Under the pieces are notes generated by a model that had not been told where the DNA came from, made no database searches, and saw only the letters and a list, made by a program, of their open reading frames with translations. A stretch of 55,878 nucleotides of DNA, the filler included, from Sluysia triapertura (taxonomy: Eukaryota): assembly GCA_046118255.1 (NCBI GenBank). It is 4 parts of 4 records of this genome, joined end to end, with 100 filler letters (N's around TTAATTAATTAA, not from the genome) between each part and the next. Parts side by side here need not be neighbours in the genome. Positions count along the whole stretch, not along the records: positions 32,028 to 43,192 come from JBJNIA010188044.1; positions 43,293 to 55,878 come from JBJNIA010097107.1; 2 more parts are not named here. One strand, given 5' to 3'. Positions 39,380-51,979 of the stretch are shown here, piece by piece (positions within the stretch are counted from its first letter, which is position 1; every line of letters begins with the position of its first letter). The position numbers and the translations under genes were made by a program.

Positions 39380-40348
39380 ATTGGTTTAAAACAAAAATTT
39401 AAATTTACTTCACTGTTTCCTAAAGATGTAATAAGTCTGCTTATTCTTTCCATGTGCTGATTAAAGTTGTTCCGTTGCGATCTATTTCTTTAACATTGTG
39501 GTAATATCTGCACCCTTTGCCAAATTTAACACATATTCAAAATTCATTGGTCTGAAAAATACAATGTGCCAAACACTTGTATGAAACTAATGCTGCATCC
39601 GAACTAGCGATTGTGGGACTAATTATGTCTTTGTTTTTGTTGTTGAAATGGATGTTTGATTAAAATTACTCTGTTTACTTTTATATAACGTAGTTTTTTG
39701 CGATTGGAAGTTTAGCATTCTTTTGGGCATTAGAAATTCTCTTTTGACTTTCCCAAACATTTGAGATGACGGGTAACTTATATCTTCGTTTGCCATCATG
39801 TTAACCAGGATAGTGTGATCAGCGTTTCTTACAATAACGTTTTGTACATTGGAATTGACATCTATACGATCTTGATTACTTAATGATAATTGGTAGATTT
39901 CCGTATAACACTGTAGGCACTCATTGTAGTAATCTAGAACGAATGCTGCAAGCGTTCTTATATAAAATTTTTGTATCATCTAGACATGGTGGGAACATGC
40001 TAATCTATCATTAAATTAATGACACTTTATCGCAATCTAAATAAATAAATTTTGTCTGGTAGTCGATCAATGATATTACAGAATATCTTGTGTCACTAAG
40101 GAATACACAAATGGTCACAATAGTTTCTTCATCATACTTAGTTTTTTCTAAAGGATCATTTACTAAAGAAGTTGCCATATTATTTGTAATAATTCTGTTA
40201 AAATCAGTTGCATAAATATTGCAGGGAAATTTTGGAGTTTCTGGTTTTCCATTACGAGAAAACGTTTTATTAGCGTATGGTGTTAATGAAATTGATTTCG
40301 AGAATTCAACAATGAATTGTCGCTGATAAGGTATACTTATCGATTCAT
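39380..40348 (-). pseudogene. CCCH zinc finger protein, copy B
   Basis: EIYQLSLSNQD..SYPSSQMFGKVKR compares with copy A EIIQLSVCDVD..SYQPTQKIGNVLR. The finger reads YKCLAHC...CVKFGKGCRYYH (frameshifted). ERISRLITSL compares with NRIARSIADL. Confidence 0.55.
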
Positions 40349-40729
40349 ATTATTTGACGTAATGTTTGTAGTAATAAGTATAAAATAAAATCTTAATTAG
40401 CTTGATTACCAGTATCTATCAAACAATTTCATACAATAGACAATAATTTTAATCGAAATTCTAAGTTGAGTTTACGGTAACAAATTTTTGTATAAATTTG
40501 AATAAATTGTAGCGCCGTTATTGAAAATGAACTATCATTGTAGAGGTCTATAAAGTACTCTAGATTAACATTGTTCATTGATGATGATAACTTTAGTCGA
40601 TTATAATTAAAATGTATTAATTGCATTAATTTTTGTCTGTTGATCGTTACGATTATGTTTTGATTCTTTTCTATAATTTTTTAAACTAGTTAATTTGTGA
40701 AAATGTTTTAATTATAGTATTGTATTCAC

Positions 40730-40745
40730 GATTGGACGTCCAATC
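40730..40745. promoter_or_regulatory. Palindrome GATTGGACGTCCAATC, second copy
   Basis: Identical to the 16-bp core at 6081-6096 although the flanks have diverged. Confidence 0.5.
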
Positions 40746-42605
40746 AAATCAAAGTGACTGAATGAAATAATTACATGTTAGAGTGTGTACAATAGTCCAT
40801 TAATGTACAATGAATTAATTCGGAAAGCAAATGTCATAAGTAAACAGTTATATAACCAACATTTTTACATTTATTTAAAAAAGCTATCACTGATGACAGG
40901 CTAGGCTCGGATAGTAACAGTGTTAATATTGATGATAATGATAAAATGAAAAATAATAATAATAACGATAATAAAATGATTAGATTAATAAGAATAATTA
41001 TAATAAAATAAGTAAATAAAATATAATAATAATTAATAATATAATAGAGAAAAATGAATTCATATTTCCTTTACATAATCTTTATTCTTCTAAAAATAAA
41101 ATTCTTTTCCTTGACAAAATTAATTTGAATGAAGTTTTATTTGACAAAGGCACTTAAAATGATTATGGAGTGTGATTTTAATGTTTCTCAAAGGTGTCAA
41201 TGATTAAATATGAAAGAACTGTGACTTTAAAGTATATCTTTGATAATTTAAGATGTAATTGTGGTTCTAATGTTGTGAAATTATGAGTTAAAAATGTCCT
41301 AAATGAAATTTAAATGTGCATTAATGATTTTGAATGTAAATATAGTTTTGATGTTGTAAAATTGTGAATTTAAAATGTTTTGAAAAGTAAAAAGGTTTTA
41401 ATTAATCTGAGAAAGCAAAATGCAAAACATAAAAAATACGATATTCTATGTGAAGTGGTAATTTAAATTTTAAGTGAAAGGTTGGCCACCACAGGAATTA
41501 TTATAGAATCGACTTGAGAAATGTTTTTACTCTAATGAAATATATAGTAAAATTTTCATGCTAAGTGTAATGTCCTAAAAATAAACTATACTTTAAAAAT
41601 TCTGGGTATACTACTCATTACGCGTGAAATTTTTATTATTAAAATAAATATATTGTAATAGTAATGTGTCGTAGGAGCAAAGTTTAGTGGATATAGTTTT
41701 TCTTTGTTTTATTTGAGACTGAAAGAAAGTTTAAATTTGCACTTTTATCTCTGTGACTTCACAGATAAAGGCAAAATTTGATATAACCATTTGATAATTT
41801 AGAATCGGAGCGAAAAATATTAGATCTAGCGTTAAGATAATTATCTTCATTGTCACTGTTATTTTATTATAAAGTAGATGTTAGAAATAGTGAATATGTT
41901 TACACTGTTGTTTAATAAATGTGGTTGATTTATATATGCATCAATGGTAATTTAGGATTAAAATATTGTAAATAATTACACGTCTCTGATTGGAAAGTTT
42001 AATCAGAATAATTTTAAAATGCATTGAGCTAACTCTAAAGTTTTGTAAGTCTATTTTACTTTAAATTAATGACACAAATTAATTAATAAATTATTACACT
42101 ATCGTCAATATTATCGATATTATATTAATGTCTCTATTAACCCTTCTGCAGATAATCTGATTTCCTAATTAAATGTACATTTTTTATCTTATTTGTATGG
42201 CGAATTTGTTTTACATAGTAATTTCATTCTGTAATATTCCTTTGATCATTTCTTTAATTTATTATTTACATCCGCTTTCTTAGTTCGTATGTTAGTGTTC
42301 ATTTTCATTTCTATTTTATTAATATATCATGTTTTTACCTATAGTGTTCTGTTGGATCCGTAATTTTTTCGTCACTCTAATATATCATACACCTAACATC
42401 TTTTCTTATTTTGAAGTGTTTTCAAGTTATGCTCGTTTTGGTGTATTTTCTAATTTTGTAAGTTCGATGAAGTTCTACTTTAAATAATATTGAAACGTCT
42501 ATATTACCTTAGTTAATATTATATTTCTTAGTTATCTTATCATTTTTATCTGCAAAATGAATTATTGGTATGAATTCACCTACACTATATGATTTATATT
42601 CTTTC

Positions 42606-42757
42606 TGTTGGGATACAGGCTTAAAATGCCATTTAGTATAAATGACTATAATAATCTAAAATTGTTAGAAGGGTCTGGTAACTTAGTGGGTAGAGCATCG
42701 AACTGCGCTGCGAGAGGGTCCGGGTATGAAGTGTGTAACATTTTATGAAGTGTAACA
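42606..42757 (+). mobile_element. tRNA-derived repeat with TGTTGGG leader, copy 1 (B box deleted)
   Basis: TGTTAGA..TAACTTAGTGGGTAGAGCATCGAACTGCG...ATGAAGTGTAACA; the ~57-nt leader is similar to 47985-47926. Confidence 0.6.
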
Positions 42758-42939
42758 TTTCGAAAGACGTATCTATAAGATTTATTTTCGGTATTTTCTT
42801 TAATAAAAATCAGTTTTCGAGGGTACTTAACAAGTTAGATTTAACGATACTTTACTATTATTAACAATTTAATCTTAAAGCACCTTTCTGTATTGATGTG
42901 AATGCGTAGAATAAATATGAAAGATTTCTTAAAATCTAA

Positions 42940-43192
42940 TGTGAGTCCACCAACGTACTGGACTTACCGGCGAGGGCCAGCCGTTGGATTTTTATTATCT
43001 AAAGTGTGAGGTTTTGCCTAGATCTGATAACTAATTATCTGAAGCTTTATTTATGTAATTTTATTTTAAAAATTAGTTTTCAAAAAGAATTTTAATTAAT
43101 GAGTATAATATTACCAAATCCCGTTATATGGGATTGAATCGAATTATTACTCGCTAGAATTAAAATCTAGCTCTTGAAATCAGATAAACAAT
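42940..43192 (+). repeat. TGTGAG-initiated structured repeat, copy 2 (runs into a gap)
   Basis: Homologous to 29640-29900. Confidence 0.75.
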
Positions 43193-43292
43193 NNNNNNNN
43201 NNNNNNNNNNNNNNNNNNNNNNNNNNNNNNNNNNNNTTAATTAATTAANNNNNNNNNNNNNNNNNNNNNNNNNNNNNNNNNNNNNNNNNNNN

Positions 43293-43633
43293 TGCATCTT
43301 ACTTAAATCTTGATTAAAAGTGTCGGATTTTAATTTACTACAGTTTCGCGCGTAGTGCCCCTTCCTATTGCAGTTATGACAGACAATCTCTCCTTCTACA
43401 TTGGTTTTAGTTTTATTATTATAATTATTATTTCTTACTGGACTCTTATTTCTATGTGTAAATTCTTCATTATTCGGCCACCTCGGCGGCAGTCTTTGCT
43501 CAAATTCTCTTGATTAATTGTTATTTCTGGCAAATCCTCTTGCTCTTCCTCTTCTTCGCGAGTTAAAACTATTTCTCCTATAATTATTACCTCTAAAATT
43601 ATTAGTATTGTTATTATGATGATGATGATGATT

Positions 43634-43676
<43 letters not shown>

Positions 43677-44464
43677 TTATCTGAAAAAGAGTTGTCGTTA
43701 AACGCGTCATCCCTTAAATCATATCCTGGACTTCTATCTCTCCTATCATCATCGCTTACGTAACTTACGTTGTTTTTTGCTTCCTTCTTAGATCTCTCTA
43801 TTCCTCTTATTATTTTGACTATCTCCTTGAACGAGTGATTGTCTATTAAATTAACGAAAATACTTAACTCCTGATGAAGTCCGTTCTTAAATTTATCTAT
43901 TAGAGTCATTTCCTTATTATCCTCCGAAATCTTAGCTCGTGCCACTAAACTTTTGAGTGCGCACGCGTATTCGTACACAGTTTCAAGAGGCTTTTGTTTT
44001 CGGATATTCAACATTCGTGTATAATATTTGCATATGTCGTCCGAAACGATTTCTTCTGTAAAAGCGTTAACAAAAATACTCCAATTAGTTTTCTTACTAT
44101 TATCTATCTTTTTATATGTTTGAATAGCAACAACCATAAGATAATTTTGGATTCTCTTAATTTTCTCTAATTCCGACCAGCCACTAGCCTCTGCTATGCT
44201 GTCGTACTCAAACAAAAAATCGCATAAATCCTATTCGGCTCCGTTAAATTTACGCATTTCGGGTAATACCACAACAGGTTTCATGTTTTGTGCAAATTGT
44301 GTCATATACTCCTTAAATTTGTTCATCGGTACGGTCATTTTAATGTCTTCTGGTACGACCTTTATTTCTTGTAACGGAAAACTAATATTATCACTATAAT
44401 CTTCATTAATCTCTATTTCTGAATCGTCTATGTTTAAAAAATGTTTCTTAAATAATTCACTTAT
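43293..44464 (-). mobile_element. gag: Ty3/Gypsy gag, inactivated (in-frame stops at 44231 and 43514; probable start mutated to ATA), truncated by a gap
   Basis: Capsid-like FEYDSIAEASGWS..RKQKPLETVYEYA..FKNGL, a poly-Asn/His tract, and the CCHC knuckle CHNCNRKGHYARNC at 43381-43340, all in one frame. Confidence 0.9.
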
Positions 44465-44582
44465 TTACTTATATCAGTTACACTTAAATTACTCTTCAAA
44501 ATTTACTTACTTAAATGCTTATCTCTACTTACTCTCTTACTTAATACTAATAAAATTAAATATCAATAAATACTTCACGTTG

Positions 44583-44600
44583 GTCCCAATTCGGGCGCCA
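44583..44600 (-). promoter_or_regulatory. Primer-binding site complementary to tRNA-Lys(UUU)
   Basis: TGGCGCCCGAATTGGGAC versus canonical TGGCGCCCGAACAGGGAC (16/18). It lies 5 nt after the LTR end ...CCCAGCA and upstream of gag. Confidence 0.85.
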
Positions 44601-44605
44601 AATTT

Positions 44606-44887
44606 TGCTGGGTGTTTTTCTTAATCTAAAGACCTAACTTACAGTAAAATAATTAATTATTCTGAGTCCGTTTACAGTATACGTTTTACTAATGTCATAC
44701 CTGTAAAGTTACGTGAAAATAATGAGACATTTGCAGATAGATTAATATTCTGGCAGCAGCAGCAATAAATCAGCATCAATAGAGGGACAGCACTAAAGGA
44801 ACATAATCCCACTGATTTATATTTATATATATTATAATTTTTTTTAAATGTAATATGTAAAATGTAATAAAATAAATGTTTTGTATT
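44606..44887 (-). mobile_element. 3' part of the Gypsy 5' LTR (5' terminus not recognisable)
   Basis: Ends in CCCAGCA just before the PBS; the upstream boundary is only inferred from the tRNA fragment. Confidence 0.5.
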
Positions 44888-44936
44888 CGTCTGACTTCGG
44901 ATCAGAAGATTGCAGGTTCGAGCCCTGCTAAGGTCG
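44888..44936 (+). tRNA. 5'-truncated tRNA-Arg(TCG) pseudogene
   Basis: CGTCTGACTTCGGATCAGAAGATTGCAGGTTCGAGCCCTGCTAAGGTCG is the anticodon arm, T arm and 3' acceptor strand. The 5' acceptor strand and D arm are missing. Confidence 0.85.
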
Positions 44937-45217
44937 AATACCACTGTAGTGGAACTGTTTTATTATTATGCATAATTTTTATTTGTGCTTAAAATACAAA
45001 TTTTCTTTGTTTTCTTGGTGAATAAAACATATTAAATGATGAAACATTTTGTAATTTATTTCCACAAAAACTTATTACACAAAGATAATAAAAAATCAAT
45101 TTAAGTATTTCCAAAGTTACGACTTCACTGTAAAAACATCATTCAACGTAATATTCTTTGGAATACAACTAATTTTGATAGCATTATGAAACCTTTTTTG
45201 AAATTTCTCTTAATACG

Positions 45218-45341
45218 TACCCATAAAATCTTGTATATAAGCCGTACTAAAGTGAAAGTTTTAGGTGGACTTCGAAAATTCTTTGATTTTTCTATTTTTT
45301 TATTTGTATAAGACGCGGCTTATATAAACCATTTTAGGGTA
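45218..45341. mobile_element. Small pogo/Tc2-type MITE
   Basis: TA-flanked inverted ends TACCC(A)TAAAAT...TATATAAGCCG and CGGCTTATATA...ATTTTAGGGTA. Confidence 0.65.
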
Positions 45342-45906
45342 TTAAAATTTTTCGAATACAGAATCAATACTTTTAAATCTGATTTGTACTAGGAATATAT
45401 TACAAATTGTACATGAATTAGTTGAATATAGAAAATAATTGTATTGAGACAAATTAAAAATCAAACATCAAAATTAAAATGGTACAAAAATATATCATTC
45501 AATTTCTACTTGGTCATTTGAAGTAGTGAAATGAATATTGGTTGCACTGGTACTTTCTTGCAGCTAAATCGGATAATAATAATATATATTTGTTTATGCA
45601 TAATGATTTATATGTACATATAGGCAACAAAACGGCAAAATTAAATAAAAATTAGATATCAAAAACGAATAATAGTCTTTGGAATGACTTGTGTTGCGTG
45701 ATCTTATTGATTTTGTTCCGACATCATTGATTGATTTTTGTTCAGCGAGAGCGTCTGAACCCTTATTCTTAAAAATGTGGCGAAGAACTTCATATTTAAA
45801 CGAACGTATCTTCGTTATTAAGAATTAAATAATTTATTTAATTGATTGTAAATGTTATTTAATTGATCGAAAAACCTATAATATAATAATAATAAATACT
45901 AAATAA

Positions 45907-45980
45907 TGTTAGACTTCATTAAATGGACTAACCGGGATTTGAACCCGGGATTTCTTATCTCACAGCTGTGCAGTTCGATG
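45907..45980 (-). mobile_element. tRNA-derived repeat, copy 2 (5' truncated)
   Basis: CATCGAACTGCACAG...CCCGGGTTCAAATCCCGGTTAGTCCATTTAATGAAGTCTAACA, with B box present. Confidence 0.65.
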
Positions 45981-46999
45981 AATTTTGAATTTAATACATG
46001 TATTTTAAAATTATGACAAGAATTTACGCACACAGTATAAATATGAATAATTATATATATATATATTAAATGTAAATTAGAATGTTTGGTCCAGAATCAC
46101 AAATATTTTGTCTATGTTGCTTCTGTTGTTTCTGCTGCTGTTCTGTTGTTGCTGTTGATTGAAGTACGTTCAGAGCAACATATACATAAGGGTTATACAA
46201 ACATTCATGGAAATAGATACATATTCACAGAGAAAAAAGGAACTTTAACTCAACAATAGTATATTGCGCAAATAAAATAAGTACTCAAAAGAGCTTAAAA
46301 TAAATCGTTCATTATAATATTTCTGAAACTGAAAGAACTTTGTCTTTTTCTTAAATATTTCATAATCATTTTGGTTTCCGAATATTATTATTATTCCGGA
46401 CTATCATAATGTAAGCATTTGTAAATTATTGTCATTATTTTGATATCTACTATTGCTTTTATTGGTAACCAATGTAATTTTTTAAGATAAGGCGTGCACA
46501 AACTTTTCAACATATTTATTTCTGCCCCCTTCCAAACTTAATAAAAAATCATAACGCCATTATAAAAAAAACTTCATAACTAAAATAAATACTTTTTTAT
46601 TAATAAAATGTATTTTTTGTTTCTTATAAATTAAATATTATGAACAACAACAGTTTTAATTCTTTAGCAAAAAATAAAGAAAAATTAACAAAATTAAATT
46701 TTAATTCTTTATATCAAAAATGCAATATTATGTCTGTTAGTATATTTCACTTCTGTGAAATATTAATATTTTTTCAACACGTCGCTGTTATTTAATAGCT
46801 CCTATTTCGTAATTGTGATAGCAGTGTCTACTAACGTTATTTCTAATTAACAGCCAGAAAATATCAGAATACCAAATAGCATAACATCACTTTATGAATG
46901 TGTAAGTATATTTGCTTTGAAATGTTATTGTTGATGATAGTTCTACATAAAGAGCGAAAATTATGGAATTAGATGATGGAATTACTAAAAAACAAAGCA

Positions 47000-47640
47000 C
47001 CTTTGATTATCACAAAGTCGGAAAATATTTATCTGTGTTCTAGCTTTTCTTTTTGTTCAGTAAATGTAATTGTGAACGCTTTTTTTGTTTTTCTTGATAT
47101 AGTTTTCTTCACCCTATAGGTAATTGTAATATATCCATTGTTTGAATCAAATATCTCTGTTAATTTAAAGACGTAGATAGGATTATCGAGGTTTGCTAGC
47201 TTGGTACTTATCTTTTAATTTTTTTACAGATTATTCAATAATTATTCAATATTATTCAATAATTAATAATTAATTTTATAATTAAAGAGATGTAGTTGTT
47301 GAATGTATCATCTTTTAGATCAGTGTTTTCAAATTGCGAAATTGCTATCGATTCATCTTTAACCTATCCACTTTTTCTATTGGTGGCATGTCTGTATCTA
47401 TATCTATTTCTCTGGCCAGTTATTTCCCGAAGATCTCCACTAACAACTAAATGTTGAATATTTTAAATTATAATTTCAACTTTTCTTTTGTTATTGACCC
47501 ATGAGCTGAATGAATGAATATATTCATAACATTTGTCATGTCTTTTGAACATTCGTCATAGTATAGATCATCATGTCGATTACTTGTTCTTATTTACTTC
47601 TTCCATATATTCCATTTTCTTCTTTCTCTTTCGGCCAATA
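47000..47640 (-). mobile_element. Possible decayed LINE endonuclease region
   Basis: Only HLVVSGDL (cf. APE LIIxGDFN) at about 47453-47430 and an A-rich coding-like composition. Confidence 0.25.
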
Positions 47641-47826
47641 TTTTATATTGCATTACTGATACAATATTACAATATTACCAATTCCACATAATTCGTCTGA
47701 CCTTAAGTAGAATTTGCCATAGAGCACAAGATCGATACAGAGAAGGTAAAATATATGCGGATGTTTTTTCAAAAAAGTAAAATAAATGCGGTAGAAAACG
47801 AAAAGGTTATTTTGACAATTTGGTTG

Positions 47827-47985
47827 TGTTAGACTTCGTAAAATGGACTGACTGGGGATCGAACCCGGGACCATCGTCTGCGCAGTCGGACTGCTCTACC
47901 ACTGAGCTATCAGCATCGTCTAACAATTTCATTTTTATTATATTCAATTTTCCCAAATGGCACTTTTAGGCCTTTTACCCCAGCA
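47827..47985 (-). mobile_element. tRNA-derived repeat, copy 3 (most complete): 60-nt leader plus a 99-bp unit with TGTTAGAC...GTCTAACA termini
   Basis: A box TAGCTCAGTGG, B box GGTTCGATCC, Ala/Cys-like body, irregular anticodon arm and 8-bp inverted termini. Confidence 0.75.
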
Positions 47986-48301
47986 TATCTATAGCACGAT
48001 TTTCAGCTTCTACGGATTCCATTTTCAGAATTTCTCGAGCATATTCAATTTTGTGATTTAGCTGTAACGGTCCAATAATTTGCGACACAACGTTCCATAT
48101 GCAGCTTGGTATTGTGCATAAAACAATCTGTACGACAAACCTATTGCAAATCACTGATAATAACTTATGATTAGTTAGTTGATTGACTCGATTTATGTAC
48201 TTTGCTAGGTAAATAAGTACCACTAATCCAACAATAGGTTTCGGCATAAATTTGCCAATTTGAATTAAATTCTTGAGGTGACCAACATAATATGGATTTA
48301 T
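47986..48301 (-). pseudogene. inx: Innexin pseudogene exon (first extracellular loop and TM2)
   Basis: SILCWSPQEFNSNWQIYAETYCWISGTY...ISYYQ*FAIGL..QIVLCTIPSCIW contains the innexin CWxP, YCW and YYQW signatures. Trp->TGA and two frameshifts. Confidence 0.88.
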
Positions 48302-48350
48302 CTGACAAATGAATAAACAATAATAATTATTAAAAATACTTAAATTTTAA

Positions 48351-48801
48351 CTCTTTCGCCGCCGCTAGGACCAATTTGTTCCACTCGGATTTCTGAAAGT
48401 TTCTCAGGCTTAAGCAGGTTATGTTACATATTGTATTAGAGGATTAAATAAGGACAATGTTTTACATAATCGTTTCTGCTGTTAAAGTGTGTGCACAAAG
48501 TTATTTCAATAATAAACCACCATTTTTGAAAATATCATAAAGTCTAAAGTTATTATTAGTTTTGTTAGAAGATGGCAGATTGCTTTATTACACTTTGAGA
48601 GAGAAATCTAAATTTACCAATTTTCACATTTTATACTATTTTATTGAAAATTCATGAAAAATTATACATTTTTTAATTAATTTTGAAATTAACACTATCG
48701 CAAATGGTGCCAACTTTTTAATGGCTTTTCTCACATATATTTCATATAATTTCTCAAATAAATTTATGTTCGAAAAAATGCGCTCACCGGCGGTTAAAGG
48801 G
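48351..48801 (+). mobile_element. piggyBac-type MITE, copy A
   Basis: TTAA-CTCTTTCGCCGCCG...CGGCGGTTAAAGGG-TTGA; collinear with 53403-53827. Confidence 0.85.
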
Positions 48802-49349
48802 TTGAAAATGTATAATTAATTATGATGAACATCGAATTGTATAGAAAGAAGATCCTGCATTCGAATATTTTTATTTATAATTTACAAGGTTTAATTTCTT
48901 ACTAAATAATTTAAAAGATGATTATACATTTTTATTCACATTGTTCTGAAAGATATAATTATTTATTACTCTTGCCTAATAGATTATTTTGGTCGTTTTT
49001 GAGTATGTAGACAATCTGAGATTGTTTAATATACATAATAAATAAATGAGTACAGTAGTGACTTTAAAATGAGACAAAAATTATTATAAAAATAAAAATG
49101 ATAAAATGAGTTTGTAAGAAAAAATGCTAAAAATAATAATTTTAGAAGAAAATTTCAATAAAACTAAAGTATTTAGGTTGCATAACCTAAAAAAATTAAT
49201 TTTAGGACTTTGAAAATAACAAAAGAAATAAATCTGTAGTTATAATATCAATAATTCAGGTAGAAACTAGGTTTAAGTTGAGAAAAAATGGAGTATAAAA
49301 TTTGCATTATCTCTCATAAAGTTACCAGTAAGAATAAGAATCAGACCTC

Positions 49350-49350
<1 letters not shown>

Positions 49351-49409
<59 letters not shown>

Positions 49410-49450
49410 GTAATAATAATAATAATAGTAATAATAATGGTAATAATAAT
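49351..49450. repeat. (AAT)n microsatellite
   Basis: Seen directly; similar tracts occur at 29555-29602 and 32028-32097. Confidence 0.9.
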
Positions 49451-51979
49451 GATAAAACTAATTAAAATAAACTATACAACTAGAAACAAAATATACAAAA
49501 TGAAATCAAAATATTTACGTAACATTTTCCTTAAATAAACAATGAATCTCAATTTATCAAATGAAATATCAAACAAATACTGAAACTTAATATTTAAATC
49601 TTAAATAATATTTAAAAATACGAATTAAATAATTTATGCACATTATATGAGAAATGTCATTTTATTTAATATATTACGATGTATTGGAAAAATGCCAGCT
49701 TGATACTAGAAATATAATAAGTAAAACATGTAGTATTAATGTTATTATCTTCAACTAATAATAGAAATACATGATAGAACTACTAGGATTGGTTTTGCTT
49801 GAGGCGCACATTGTGAAATCACTGTTTCTGTAAAAATGTTTTGTTTCTGCCAAAATATAGTCTAATTTCATTTATTTTCGACCAACAAAGTCAATTATTA
49901 CTCTTTTATTTTTAAATTCATTAACTTTACTCTTAGGATCTAAAGTATTATCGTCTTTTAGTATGTTCTCCTCAAAGGTTTTGCTAGTACATAAGTCATT
50001 GTTAAGCATATATTTCAGCAACCTTTCTCGTTAAATTTTTAAAATAAAAAATTTGATAATATTTTTCTTAAGCTTTGTTATATATTTAATTAAAATTCAT
50101 CATTTCGATTACAGAGATTCATGTAATTTTGATGAAAATAACTTGATTATTTGAAAAGATTGACTGTGTATTCTATTTCTAATGGATTTTAATATTGTAA
50201 GTCGATTACTTTTTTCAATTCATTTTGAATCATTTTGAAACACGATAAAAAAACTGTCAGAAGTAAATCTGTTGACGAAATAAATGTTTTAATAAACAAT
50301 ATTGATATTCGACAAAAAGTTTTAATTGACAAGAAAAAGTGACAATAAAAGTTACAGAGATTTAATAGGAATAAATAATTTAATAATGATTATAAATAAA
50401 AATAAAAAGGAATAATAACTATAATAATAATAATATTATTATTATTAAAAGTTTCAATATTTTTCTTGAACAGTGTTTAATTTACAAAGTTAAATTGGAG
50501 CAAATTTTTAATAAATAATATAATAATTTTTAATTTTGGTATTTAATTTTAATAATTGTAAGTTTGTTTTAGTTGAAAAGGTTAAATATTTGCTTTAAAT
50601 ACAAATATATTGCAGTGGCTTTTTGTAAAGTTTGACTTTTGTGTGACTTTTAAATAATTGCGTGACTTTTAAAATTACAGAATATTCCAAAAATTAGCTT
50701 AATAATTATAATTATATTATAAATAATTATATTTAAGACTAATTAAAAGCATTAAACCAATAAATAAAAGCTATCTCCTCTTTAAACAATTATATATATA
50801 TATAATTATTATTTTTTTCATCTGACTCAGAAACAATATTTATGTGAAATTAAAGCACAGAAAACATTTGTATTTTAAAATATAAGTACTTAGTATCATA
50901 AATATAATGCAATTGAAATAGATATTTAAAATTTGTTTTAATTATTCAACTTTCATTTAAATAATAATTAAAATTATTTAGTNNNNNNNNNNNNNNNNNN
51001 NNNNNNNNNNNNNNNNNNNNNNNNNNNNNNNNNNNNNNNNNNNNNNNNNNNNNNNNNNNNNNNNNNNNNNNNNNNNNNNNNNNNNNNNNNNNNNNNNNNN
51101 NNNNNNNNNNNNNNNNAAATAAATAAAGTTTTATTTATAATTCTAATTACTTTTAATGATTATTTCGAATTTTCATTATGACTACACTATAGATTTTAAT
51201 TTTTCAGAAACTATTTCCACAATAATGTTAATTAAATTTATAAATAAAGCTATAATTAAATTAGATTAATTATTATTGTTTTGGATTTCGAAGCCTTAAA
51301 TATTTTCCAAAATTATTTTAAGTTGTTCTTCGCATATTCGTTTTCGTTTTCATTGTACTGGCCTCATAAGTTGCTAATGTCAAAAATGTTGGTCATTAAA
51401 TTTTTAAAAAATTTAATAATCTTTTTCTGTGGTGAATCCAATTATGTGGTTGGATTTTATTTGTATATCTCATTCTTCTTGATGAGTAACTTACAAATAT
51501 AACATCGCTCAAAATACAACAATCTAAATTCAAAATATATCAATAATAACGATAACAACAATTACTCATTCTAACTTTTTCGTTTCCTCATACACACACA
51601 CATTAATTCACAAACAAAATAAATAATAAAGTTATTGTTATTATTGTCATTTTTATTGTTCGTTCTATTATCGCCTATTATTATTACATCTTATACTTTA
51701 CTTTGTTTAATCATAATTATTATCATTTCATGTATTTTATTATTATCTTCTATATTTGTTATTTTTAGCACTTTACTGTAATTATTCTACCATTCTTATT
51801 ACTATATTATTCCTATTGTTACCATTTTATTGCATCGTCTTTCCATTATCATTTTTTATCGAACTTGATAAAATTTCACCCAACAGAACATTTTTATTAA
51901 TTACCAATTTATCGACAAGTTCGGTTTGTAATAGTTTTCAAGAAGGATATAAATATAGAAATTGTTGAGCCAATATAAT

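Noticed and set aside
42961-43060. U1 snRNA pseudogene (ACTTACC-GGCG-AGGG, GTGAGGTTTTGCC)
   Set aside because: It lacks the U1-70K (GATCACGAAG) and U1A (ATTGCAC) loops and a proper Sm site with stem IV. Kept only as the ACTTACC hairpin motif.
43435-43710. Poly-Ile ORF
   Set aside because: Alternative-frame reading of the AAT tract inside gag.
45907-47925. Two tRNA-like copies as the paired LTRs of one 2-kb element
   Set aside because: The copies are too divergent, and no PBS, PPT or TSD is present at the expected positions.
11349-48160. Alternative genetic code (TAA/TAG at probable Gln positions in KLC and gag; TAG/TGA at Trp in TnC and innexin)
   Set aside because: The implied reassignments conflict with each other, are single-base changes, and mostly co-occur with frameshifts. 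The intact ITPR-like and SLC22-like frames contain no internal stops.
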